Below, piece after piece: positions 23,727 to 36,391 of a stretch of DNA of 56,318 bases. The position numbers and the translations under genes are program-made. The notes under the pieces were generated by a model. That model was not told where the DNA came from. It did not search any database and saw nothing but the letters and a program-made list of their open reading frames with translations. The first letter of the stretch is position 1. Every line of letters begins with the position of its first letter. The DNA lies in the NCBI RefSeq assembly GCF_001194135.2, contig NC_068982.1:31522322-31578639 (forward strand), read 5' to 3'. Source of the DNA: Octopus bimaculoides. Lineage: Eukaryota.

Positions 23727-24416
23727 TTGTGTGTGTTTGTAGTGGATGACTATTTACAGCTCGTCTAAGAAGATTTTGGCAACAAATATTTGTGTCGACG
23801 GAGCCGGTCAATATCACAGCATATATAAAGCATTTGTGTTGTCGAGCATATTATGATAAAGTATAGGTTGTTCCACATATGGTATCTACAAGATTTGTGT
23901 CAGCCATATGCTGGATCGTAAATCAAACATGTCTGCCACAATATACATAGTTATATATATATAATTAGAAAATGGAAAAAAAAAACATAGATTAACAAGC
24001 ACATCGATTGGACCACATTAAAGGCTTGTTTATTGACATAAAGCAAACCATAACAATATATATATATATATATACATGCATATATGGGCACAGGGCGTCT
24101 CTAACAGTAAACAACGTAAAATATGTAAACAAATGAGTTCAGTACGCAAACAACGAAACAAATGGAAAACAGAAAACAGAACAAGTAACATAAAGACCTT
24201 TCATCAGTTGTTAGCTGTCTATCTACTTCTCATTTCGAGCCTTGAACGACAATATGAACCTTCGAATAAACTTCATTCATATCGTCCGCATTCTACACTC
24301 ATTTCGTATCAAGGTAATTTGTCGATGTCTTATTTAAACATTGATCATTCAACACGCATGGAAGATAAGTTTTTTTAACNNNNNNNNNNTATATATATAA
24401 ATATATATATATAGAA

Positions 24417-24447
<31 letters not shown>

Positions 24448-27263
24448 GAAGGAGGGAGAGGGAGATATATAGATAGATAGATAAATAGATAGATAGATAG
24501 ATAGATATATGCTCTCACACATACACACGCCCACACCATCTTCGCGATGTGGTTGAGGTGGTCAGTTCTTGGTCATAAGGTCATCGGTGGAATTTTTTGG
24601 CTGGGTGGCCTTTCATTTCGGATTGTTCCAACTCCATTAGAGTATCCCTAGTATTGATTGAATCTTATATTGCAGTTTCTCTCCACAGTTTGCAAATTTC
24701 ACGCAACAGAATGTTACATTATATTGTAGCTGTGTATAGAATTTTTGTCTCAAAGAAGCAACAGGTGTCGAGTCAAGAAGAGGGTGGGAGTCGAGTTTTC
24801 AATGAATTGGGAATATATGTCTGTAACTTTGAGCTGCAGAGAGAAAATATTTTAAAACTATTCCTAGTATTATGCAATTTTGTTTCTACTAAGTGCCGTG
24901 ACAATAATTAAACATTAGCAAGACATTAATGATAGTTTGTGGAATAACTAAGGTGATGTATTTTTCTGCTTAATTTCATGACAGACAACGTTAGGAAAAA
25001 AATGGCTTTTGCAAGGAGTTGATGTACTTTAAACAAGATATGGTGTTGACAATTACACTAATGATATGGTGAATTTTAACCAGAACTAATTGTATTGTTT
25101 GTACTTGTATATTGTAAACGATGGTGTTTGTCTTGACATAACAAAGGGAAGTAACTGGTATTTGTCTCTATGTAGTTGATTGCTTTATGTGGACATGTAC
25201 GCTCCATTTCCTTCATATTTAGAGTAACCGTTTCTATTGTTTAGTTTGCGCAAACTTTACACTTTATAATTAAGATGAGTGAAAATAGTTTGCAAATTTA
25301 TGGGACAAAGGTTATTTAAAACACTAGCATGGAATAAATATGTATAGAAACGGTATTTATTCAAAATGTATTTGTATATTGTTTGGAAGACCACTTGTTA
25401 GTTAAATTTTAACTATAATTATGAAGACAATAATGTAAATTATGGTGAATTATGGTGGTCATTAATTTTGGTTTCTGGAAGTTGTTTGTTTAAAGCATAA
25501 TTTCAAGAATTAGGTTAACGTTTTAATGATTTGGAAGGGGTATACTATGAAATTAAATATGTTGTCTCCGGGGTATATTATGACACTCAAGCACTCAATT
25601 TTTTTTAACGTTTTATATCCATAATAAAAATGAGAACTTTTTTCGACTTGCTCTTCTTTGTTAATTCTTTGTTTGTTGAATTACATATGTTCTGCATGGA
25701 TTGTATGAGTTTTATTCCGGTTCGATGCGTTAACTTTCGTTATTATAGCAATGGAAGTGATATGTAATATTATTTTCTTTGTTTCTTACTTACATATGTG
25801 GGTGTGTAAGGAAGTGTATTTACTTTTATCAATATTCAGGAATGCATATGCATGCTGATTATAAGATATTTTCAAAATATTAACTGTGTTGCCTCTATAT
25901 CTGTTCCCTATTGTTGGATATTATTGTTCGTTGGTCATAGTGTCTTTAGGATACACAGTTTTGCAATTTTTAAACACAGCAATGATGGTTACTTCGTAGC
26001 ATCTATTTAAAACAAAAGAGACGTGCTAGCAAACTTTGATATGATGAAACATGACAATCGGTTAACTTTTTTGGTAAAATTTCAGTGATATTTTTGACGT
26101 AGGAGAAAACACTTTCGTATTAATTTAAAAACTATATTAGCTAAAGAGAGATTTTTTTCTTCGGTTTTAAAAATGTAATTAATAAGTTGTTACGTTTTCT
26201 GTTATTTTGTGTGAAGATCATGCTTTCCCTTCAATATGCTTTATTTTTTTAATATACAGACAGCTTCTTTAAAGGTTTCCCATCAGCTAACCATTGAGAT
26301 AGTATAATAGATGGATTTGTAACAATATATGTTAATATTTCGCGATGATTGTTAAGTATATACTTAAATGTTTTATTTTGTTTATGATATAGATGAAATA
26401 GTTACTGTTCAAATTCAGGGTAGCATATAAAAATTTGGTTACTGTGGTATCCTGTTTGGTTGCTGCATTAAAGATAGATATTTTGTAAAAAAAAAACATC
26501 GTTGTTTCTCTTTTGCTCCAGCTGTTAAAGAGAGATGATTAACATTAGGAAGCTGTCATCTTGACAAATACTAGCCTCAGTTATTTGGATGTTGCAGCCT
26601 AGCTTTTGCGCAAGACACAAATATACCAAAATCAGTTATCTCAAATTAATAATGTGCTTTTCTAATAACTGAAATGAAGTTCACAAAGGCTTCTTTAAAA
26701 TTGAAAACTTCATTTTAAACTTTCTTTCTCTCTCTAGGAAGCAGCAATATTTCAGCTTGCTTTTCTATGCCAGTAATATGTATAGCATAAGTCAAAGCAT
26801 CCATTAAAAAATGTTTAGAGATAATTTGGCAATCCTCTCGTGTGTGGAACTGTTCGAATTTAAATTGACACTTTTCCATAATAGAACACAATCATTCACA
26901 TTCTGTGCTTCTGTTATTCCCTAACAAGACAGATGAAACTGGTTTTAACGTATTGGATGAGTTCATTTTTATGTATATTTTACCTACCTTTTACCGAAGT
27001 TACTTTTATTAGACGTAATTGCATATAACTGAACGGTTTATGACTGAGGTTCATAAATGTTAAAGAGGTACACGGTAATTCGTTATGAACGTTTTTTATT
27101 CTGTGTTCAGTATCTTATATGGAACTTATTTTCTTTTGTTATATAACTTGTCAAATCCTTTAGAGTGTTTCTCATTATCTTTTTATCAGTATTATTAACC
27201 GAATTCGCTATGTATCTATGACCTAACCACTTCACACACATATATATACATACATACATAAAT

Positions 27264-27495
27264 GGTGGTTGTCTACTCCTTAAACAGAGTTTGACCACCT
27301 CCTGCACCTACACCTTAGCCCTTTCATGGAGTCTGATGTGGCTTTTTAAACCAGACAGTGTTTTGAAAAAACACCCACACAGATTGCACCTCTGATTTGC
27401 ACTACCAATACCTGCAAGTAAGTTCTGCTCATTGTGGATCCTAACATGTCTTTTAAGACCCCCATTGGATTTGCAAACCCTCTGGCACACACCAC
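27264..27495 (-). mobile_element. RTE-clade LINE 3' end: two C2H2 fingers, stop, short 3' UTR
   Basis: CGVCQRVCKSNGGLKRHVRIH and CNLCGCFFKTLSGLKSHIRLH, then TAG and GGTGGTCAAACTCTGTTTAAGGAGTAGACAACCACC running into (TATG)n. Confidence 0.75.
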
Positions 27496-27750
27496 ATGAA
27501 GTCAATTGGAATGGCTCCAAAAGATATAGAAGTCCTCGCTTCAGATCGAGTTGGATGGCGAACAAGGGTGTGGAGTGGAGTGAAAGCATTTGAAGAGGCC
27601 AGGATGATGCAAGCAGGGCTCAAGAGACATTTAAGGAAAAATGTAAAGACTGAGAAAGTGAATGACAAGGACCTTTTTTGTGTGCACAGTCTGTGACAGA
27701 CCATGTCTGTCCTTGGCTGGCCTCAAATCTCACCTGCGAACCCATGGAAA
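27496..27750 (+). mobile_element. RTE-clade LINE ORF C-terminal segment, inverted relative to the adjacent 3' end
   Basis: MKSIGMAPKDIEVLASDRVGWRTRVWSGVKAFEEARMMQAGLKRHLRK fits the RTE pattern E.LA.DR..WR..V..G...FE..R......KR..RK. After a +1 shift in a T run it reads FVCTVCDRPCLSLAGLKSHLRTHG. Confidence 0.85.
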
Positions 27751-27936
27751 ACATACATAAATACATGCATGCACACATATATATAGCGGACTTTCAGATA
27801 AAATTAGTATTATTTGAACTAATAAACGATGCGAGAACGAACTGCATGTGCTCTGATTTTGTAACAACGCTTAAACACTGGGTCAAAGGACTGTGATATA
27901 GAAGACATTTGTTTGGTATAACACACGTGCGATACA

Positions 27937-27985
<49 letters not shown>

Positions 27986-30900
27986 GATTATTAGCGGCGA
28001 AAGCAAAAGTTAATGTTTATATTCAACTTAACGTAGATGTCTTGTAAGAGCGCCGGTATTCATCGTCAGAGGTCCTCTCATATAGACGCATGGCGTATAT
28101 ATAATTTCAGACGAGAATAATTTTGTATGGGTGCCGGAACTGCCACATCACGTGGTTACAGTGTACTGCATATCTTCAGTGTCAGGCATCCTGTGAATGC
28201 ATACCAGCCAAATATTACTGGCATGGTATATAGAATATCATTGATTTTTCAATCACTGATGTTGTAAATAGCTAGCAGGTTTATTAAAATGTTATCAGTA
28301 ATGGAAGCGGTATTAATAGCAAAATGCATATGCTGCGATATATGTCTGTTTTTAAGCATTATAGTCTATATGAAAAGACTTCTCATATTGCAGTATTCAG
28401 TTTTTTAACAAGACATCTACGTTAATAACTGCCTTTTGGAACTAGCACTCCTTCCGTCGCTAATGAAAATTTTGAATAAACTCACTGCATACTATTTGCG
28501 ACATCAGTGACTGAAAAGATCCTGATATTCTATATGCCTTGGCAGCGAGATTTGGTTAATATACAGTGACATAAATTAACATACGCACACATATGTGGTG
28601 ATGCGTGGTGATGCGTTGAGATGATCGGTTCGTGATCATAACGTTGTAGGTGGAATTCATTGTCTGGATGGCTTTTCATTTCACATTGTTCAAATTCAAT
28701 CAGCTCTAATGAGTAACAGTTGGATGGGTAAACTCTCTTTTTCTTCCAGCTGTCACGACTTATTTATTCCACCGGGTCATGTTTTACGGTGACGTGAGCG
28801 AATGTACAAACACTCACGACTACTTGAAAACCTAAAACAATTTGAAAGAGCATAAAGTTTATTAACAAGCTTTGTCGTGAACGTGGGAAACCTGTTCTTT
28901 TTAAATAATCATTGTCTCCACAGATTAGCCCACGGAATTGGCAACTTTTTATGGTGAGTACCCAATAACCACAACTGAATATCGTTTCATCATTTCCCTT
29001 ATATCTATAGCACCTATTTGATGAAAACATGATCTCTTGGATGGTACTTAGATAGTTAGTCTAATTGCTATTTAAGTTCTTTAGAGGAACTGTGAGAAAG
29101 GCATTTCTTTTTAGGAATTTCTACTCTTAAGTCATGTGTTGCAAGCAAGAATGATATCTAATTAACGAAGAGTAAAGCGCTTTTGCAGTGTACTTAAATG
29201 TTTGAAATTTAAGGTAACTTTCTTGATACGTTGGATGATTAAACACTATTGATAAATAGTTTAGCAGATGCAGTTGAAGTTCATGTTCATTAAAGTTTAC
29301 TGTAGACTCTCTTTGTGGTAATATTTTAACACAAGCATTTTCCTGTTTAGTTTCAAAACTATTAAAAAAATTTTAGCTCCTGCTTAGTCTTTTGATGACT
29401 TACAATGGTTTTGTAATTTGGTAGAATTCTTCTTCAAAGATTTTTCGGAGTGCTTAATTTCAAGGATGCTTGTACCTATTTTAGCAACTACATCTTCAAG
29501 CAGCTCTCGAAATGCTATGTATTCTAAAATGTATACATAAAAACCTTTCAGCAAAAGAGGGTCCTTATATTAGTTTTGAAGATTTTGATATGTAGGTGAA
29601 ATGAGGAAGAAAACTATGTTGGTTTTCGTCTAACAGTGAAAATATATAAGCTAGCCTTCCATTGGATAAGGCAATTGTAATGTTTTCGTTAGAGGTGTCC
29701 AATTGAATGTGATGTATTTGGAACACCAGCTCAGAAATATGCAAGTTGATATTGTTACTTCAAGCAAGAATTCTTAGAGGAAAGATATCGTACATAACTT
29801 GTAAAAGAGTTTTACCATAAGCTAAAGCTACAGATTGAATGAATTTGTATATAACTCTTGAAAAATATTGCACTGAGATCAGCCATCAATACAATATATG
29901 TTATATTTAATAATATTCACGAAGAAATGCAATTAGTGATATAGCCTCAGTCAATGATATACGCATATTCAATATTTTGTACAGCTTGCAAGTGATTTCG
30001 TGAAAGATAATACATAGATAATAAATAAAAACATCAATTATTTAGTACCAAAATTCGAAAGAAAAGGAAAAATAAAAAGAACATGTGTGTAAATCAAATT
30101 TTACCATAATAATCAAAGAGAAACCAAGTTTTGTTACACCGTTCACGTATGCTTGAATATGTATATATATATATATATATACATACACGCACACACACAT
30201 ATACATGCATGTACCCATATATNNNNNNNNNNNNNNNNNNNNNNNNNNNNNNNNNNNNNNNNNNNNNNNNNNNNNNNNNNNNNNNNNNNNNNNNNNNNNN
30301 NNNNNNNNNNNNNNNNNNNNNNNNNNNNNNNNNNNNNNNNNNNNNNNNNNNNNNNNNNACACAGGCACACGCACACACATACAGGCATACACTTGCACTC
30401 ACACATATATACACATAAAGATACATTCATACACACTCATATACATACATACATGCGTGCATGAATGAAAGATTGTATAAGCGTGTGTATCACTCGTTTT
30501 AGTTACGGCAATGCGATAAATATTTATATTTTCGAAGAGTCTGATACCTATCTTCAAGAGGCTTAGCCCGAATGTTTGTTTTTGTTAGAAACCCGTTAAA
30601 GGCACTCGAGTGCTTCTACCAATTATGTCTACTAACACGAACCCAAGGGGCCATAATGCAAAACCTCCGCTCTTTTAACATTCTCATCCAATCACTTACA
30701 TTGAATGCTACATTAATTCATTGGTGCGAAAGAATGAAGGACAAAGTTACGTGAGTGGAACCGAATTCAGTTGTAAAACCGTAGGCGTTGATAGGAAAAA
30801 AAATCAGAACATGGAGCCCATCACTTTAATGTCGCTATCGATTTAGCTCCGATGCGCCTATGTATGTTTTTACATCTACGGAAAGATGAAAAGAAAATAT

Positions 30901-30999
30901 TGAAAAGTTCAAAATATTTTATCTCATATCTAATTTTTTTCAAAATATTGTTATTGCAATTTTACGCCGTTAATTACAAAGCGAATGCACTGAAATAAT

Positions 31000-31046
31000 T
31001 ATCATTCTTATCATTACTATTATTGTCGTTATTGTTGTTGTTGTTG

Positions 31047-31110
<64 letters not shown>

Positions 31111-31155
31111 CATCATCATCATCATAATCATCATCATCATCATCATCATCATTAC

Positions 31156-31253
<98 letters not shown>

Positions 31254-31300
31254 TGAGGAGGACGAGGAAGAGGAGGTGCAGCAGTAGCAGCAGCAACAGT
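31000..31300. repeat. Compound trinucleotide array (GTT)(ATT)(ATC)(ATT)(AGT)(GAG)(CAG)
   Basis: Read directly from the sequence. Confidence 0.97.
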
Positions 31301-31994
31301 AACTACATATATCAAACGTTCACAGCATGTCGGCATATTTGTTTTTGCATTTTATTATGTATTTCAAATTTATTTCTTATTTTCATCTCAGTTATCCATT
31401 CATTTGGTTCGTTGTAATTTGAAAATTGATTTCAATGTAATATCGTTAAAGGAATCAAGAAATCAGATTGTTTTGGACTAAAATTAATATTTACCGAACC
31501 AATAATTTGACTACACATCAAAAAGTGCTGAAGAAAGATATGAATAAATTCAAAATAATAGACATCAAAATTAAATTAAGTCACAAGATAGTAATGAGTA
31601 ATTTGAAAACATATATTAAAAACGGAAATAAAATGTACTGGAAATATATGTTGCTACGTTAACAAATATTAAGAATTGTATGTGCATTAAAATTTCTATT
31701 CCAGAATGATTAATTATTTGCTTTAGCCTTATAAAGACAAGTGATGAGAATAGTACTACGTCTCAGATAGCGTAAAGAGACTTAGTCAGTTTTAAACACT
31801 TTGACAGCATGTTCACATACAAATATAAAGACACGCGTGCATACGTGCATATAGTATTTTTCATAACGCACGGCACAAAAGATGCTCTATACATGTCTCA
31901 GAATAAAATTCCTTAAAATACTATTCACACTCGTACGTCCAGGATTTCCTGTCTTTCCTCATAAAAAAAGCAAAAATTTGCGTTATGAAATATG

Positions 31995-32210
31995 TCAAGT
32001 GTATAATATATATATACATAAATATGGGAGAATTTACGAAAAGAAACAACAGACGGGGACAGGTGGTGTAAACAACAAAAGGGTGTATTAGAGAAAGTCT
32101 TTAACGTTTCGAGCTACGCTCTTCAACAGAAAGAATATGGAGAAAACAAGGAGAAAAACACGGAGAAAAAAATTGAATGTTTTGGTCAGCGATCTATCAT
32201 GGCGATCTAT
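31995..32210 (-). mobile_element. Small hammerhead-bearing repeat, copy 2 (same family as 5719-5965)
   Basis: Reverse complement ATTCAATTTTTTTCTCCGTGTTTTTCTCCTTG...ATTCTTTCTGTTGAAGAGCGTAGCTCGAAACGTTAAAGACTTTC...TTTACACCACCTGTCCCCGTCTGTTG...AAATTCTCCCATAT. (TA)n on both sides. Confidence 0.8.
32098..32134 (-). ncRNA. Putative minimal type I hammerhead ribozyme (variant core CUGUUGAA)
   Basis: Identical to 5838-5874 except that the cleavage triplet is GUU instead of GUC. Confidence 0.55.
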
Positions 32211-32250
32211 ATATATACACTAAATGAATAAATATTCGAAAGTATTTATA

Positions 32251-32657
32251 TTCTTTAACTTGTTTCAGTCATTTAACAGCGGCCTTGCTGGAGCACCGCC
32301 TTCAGTCGAACAAATTGACCCCAGGACTTATTCTTTCTAAGCCTAGTACTTATTCAATCATATATTTTGCCGAACCGCTAGATTACGGGGACGTAACACA
32401 CCATCAGTTGTCAAGCGATGGTAGGAGGACGAACACAGATATAAACACACACTCACACACACACACATACACACACACACACGCACACACATATACGACG
32501 GGATTCTTTCAGTTTCCGTCTTCCAAATCAACTCACAAGGCTTTGGTGGGCCCGAGGCTATAGTAGAAGACATTTCCCAGGGTATCACGCTGCGGGACTG
32601 AACCCGGAACCAATGTGGTTGGTAAGAAAACTACTTACCACACAGCCACTCCTGCCC
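32251..32657 (-). mobile_element. SINE family A, full length
   Basis: Colinear reverse complement of 39859-40282; head GGGCAGGAGTGGCTGTGTGGTAAGTAG, B-box-like GGGTTCAGTCCC, internal (CA)n. Confidence 0.93.
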
Positions 32658-34714
32658 TTATAGATATTATTAATTATTATCATTATTAAAGTGAATAACA
32701 ACAAAGATAACAAGCAAAAAGCGATAAATGGCAAATCCAAACTTTTTTAATTAATTTATAATTATAATGAGGCACACGCAGTACCGGCATTGTTGCGAAA
32801 ATCAGAGTCAAAAAATCCTCTAAGAAAACCACCATTCACTGGAAGGATAATAAGCACAACACAAATCTGGCCACTATCAACTGATTTCAAATTTTGAGAG
32901 TTTATTTCCCTTTGCTAGATTTTTTGTGCACATACATATATACATAGATTGGGAAAAAAAACTGTGCCTCATTCTACACAAAATTGAGTGAAATAATAAT
33001 CGTATGTTGCCTAGGTACATACATTCCCGCAGTTAGATACAATTAAATGTCCGTTATGTACCACTGAATGTTCTTGGATGTTTATTCCAAGAGACTTATT
33101 GCTGACGTTCATCATGTTAACTGACAACGAATTTCAGTAACCATTCAATTGTTGAAAATTTTCGCAACATGAATAGTTAACTGCATCTCGCGTTAACCTT
33201 ATAGATACGAAGTATTTTCTATAATCTTATTGAGGCTAAACAAACCTCTATATCGCAAAACAAATTCTATATAATTTGAATCATTGTGATGCATATATTT
33301 GTCAGGAAGTACAAGTGTCTATTGCCGCTGGAAGTTTAATGAAATATGAGTTGCCTGCAGGGTAAGAATTACTGTGTATTATGCATTATGCTCAGAGCTT
33401 GTGCGAGTTAGATATTATTATGTTTCAGCTAGATTCCGAACCACCCAAATCTACAATGAAGTATGATTGTTTTAAGGACCTCTTCCTATTAAATGCAGAG
33501 CTTCAAGCGTTGGAAAATATATAGGGTAGACGAAATTCTATGAAAAAAATGGAGCTGCAAAGAGGACATGTTATGAAATTATGTCCCTGCAGGCAGACGA
33601 TTGTGTAAAATATCAATTCAATGAAATTTCACTCTAGTAATAATAACTCGAAAATGCACAATAATACATAAATAACCAAGAAATTTTTCAGAAAGTACTG
33701 GTTGATAATTTAAATATCTTATTATTATTTTCTGTCTTCACACTGCTTTACTGATTGTTATTGGAAGAATAGCAAATGTCAACCGGACAGGAGATTTAGT
33801 AGATGACTAAACGTCACCGAGAGGTATCCTTGTTGTATTTGTTGCAATCAAAAATAGTACTTTCAGTTTTGATATCTTGATGGTGCATCATTTATAGCGG
33901 AAATCAATGTCAAACTTTTAAACTTCAGACATTTAATTTTTCTTCACTTCTGCTAGTAAGATATTTCATTGACTTCTATTGAAGTGAATGGATGTCAGCC
34001 TTATACATAGTATGTATCAAGAGCATTACTGTAGATTTATATGTTGTGACGCTATACATGATTTTCAATACGACAAATCTAAAAATCGCTGCAACATTGA
34101 AGTAATACCTGTTGACTTCCATCGAACACTTTCTGTTCTCTTTGTAGCATTTATTTATATAAGTCTACGAAATGCCATACAAGAAACATAAAACAATGGC
34201 AAGGGTGGTGGAGAATTATATCAGATGAACTTAGATAAATATCCTCTCTATAGTATCAGAAATGATTGGTAAGATTAAGACTAACTACTGCAACTTGAAA
34301 AGCTATTGGTCGGAGCATTGAAATATATGATGTACAAACAGTTATATCCAGTTTACAGATGGTATTTATAATGACACGCAGTCTGGTAACCTGTAACAGC
34401 TTACAGAGCCTGCATATCTTTACATAATTAAACGTTCGTCGTTCTTAGTACTGATATTGAAGGCAGAGTTATTGAGATACAGCTATGGATATAATGTATT
34501 TGCATTTATGTACTTATATAGATGTGTCTGTCTGTCTGTCTGTCTGTCTGTATGTATGTATGTATCTGTATACATCTCTGTATCTATACATACATATGTA
34601 TATATATATATATAAACAAATAGCAAATGAGTATATGCATATATACGCACAGGTATGTGCACACCGACATCCACCTGCACGTATAGGTGCACATCTGGGC
34701 ACAGGACATTGCAA

Positions 34715-34985
34715 ACAAACGTAGACGAGAACACACGAGCCACATAGAGAACACTCCACCCCATCAGCCACCCACGTTTCAACACCGGCGTTTCGACGAG
34801 CTTGGGCAGGACGCATCGTTAAAACGGCTCGTCCCATGGATCGCAGATTCAATTTGTATACGCAAATTAAATCTAGCCATGGAGGAATGTAGTGGCGGAC
34901 AAAAAACAAGACAGTAAAAAAAAAAACAGAAAAGGCTTTACGGCCAGACAAGAAAGATTATGTGTGTATGAACGCGATGAGGCAC
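34715..34985. repeat. Dispersed repeat, copy 1 (homologous to 46690-46953); possible Penelope-type terminal region
   Basis: Shared blocks CCACATAGA, CATCAGC, CCGGCGTTTCGA, ACGCATCGTTAAAA, GTAGTGGCGGAC, AAAACAAGACAG, AAAAGGCT.TAC.GCCAGAC and TGAACGC. Confidence 0.8.
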
Positions 34986-35414
34986 GAACTTGAGAGGGAC
35001 NNNNNNNNNNNNNNNNNNNNNNNNNNNNNNNNNNNNNNNNNNNNNNNNNNNNNNNNNNNNNNNNNNNNNNNNNNNNNNNNNNNNNNNNNNNNNNNNNNNN
35101 NNNNNNNNNNNNNNNNNNNNNNNNNNNNNNNNNNNNNNNNNNNNNNNNNNNNNNNNNNNNNNNNNNNNNNNNNNNNNNNNNNNNNNNNNNNNNNNNNNNN
35201 NNNNNNNNNNNNNNNNNNNNNNNNNNNNNNNNNNNNNNNNNNNNNNNNNNNNNNNNNNNNNNNNNNNNNNNNNNNNNNNNNNNNNNNNNNNNNNNNNNNN
35301 NNNNNNNNNNNNNNNNNNNNNNNNNNNNNNNNNNNNNNNNNNNNNNNNNNNNNNNNNNNNNNNNNNNNNNNNNNNNNNNNNNNNNNNNNNNNNNNNNNNN
35401 NNNNNNNNNNNNNN

Positions 35415-35495
<81 letters not shown>

Positions 35496-35970
35496 ATATA
35501 TATACACACATAAACATGTGTGTGTATATGTGTTGGGGTGTATCTGTGGAACGAGAAGAAAGAGGAACAGAGTTAAGAAGGATGCAGGTACAGATAGAAT
35601 GAGGATTGAAATATAAACAAAAGCCAAATGAAATATATTAACAACACCGCGAAAGAATTGAAACAGTAATGATGCATTAACTGTGACACTAAAAAGGTAA
35701 TATTTGGTCAACTGTTCATGGACGTCCACGAACAAATTGTTCGTGTATAAGATCTATAGAGCATATAAGCAGACGGGTTATAAATATAAACAAACAGGAA
35801 TATACGATATAAATATGCGTTAAAATCCATAAGATCATATTGCAATGAAGCATATTAATATACACTGTTACCTTGTTAATTTATGCAAGTTATTTACATA
35901 AATACACACGTTCACAGACAGACACACGCACATGCACACACTCGGGCACACATACATATATAGACATATA

Positions 35971-36005
<35 letters not shown>

Positions 36006-36352
36006 GCATATATAATATATATATATAGATGGATAGGCGGAAAGGAAGCTAGATAGTTAAATCGATGCATAGAGAGCTAGATGGACGTATACAAAATGGC
36101 TTCATACTCACATAGGTACAATCAGACACAAACACATTCACGCATAATATTCCTTGTAAGAAAAGTTTGTAATAATGAAAGCATTAGTTATGCATCATAG
36201 CTAAATACCTCAGTATAGTTTTACAGCAGACCATTATGCTTAAGATTTCCCAATTTATAGAGTGCTCAATTATGCTGCATTTATTTGATATATCTTAACA
36301 ATATCTCTTTTCTTGAGATGACTGCTGGAAGCGAATTATTCTCGTAACTCGT

Positions 36353-36391
<39 letters not shown>

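Noticed and set aside
27308-27589. Two-finger C2H2 ORF as a host zinc-finger gene
   Set aside because: It has no TGEKP linkers, ends in a LINE-type UTR with microsatellite tail, and is joined to RTE ORF sequence within a TSD.
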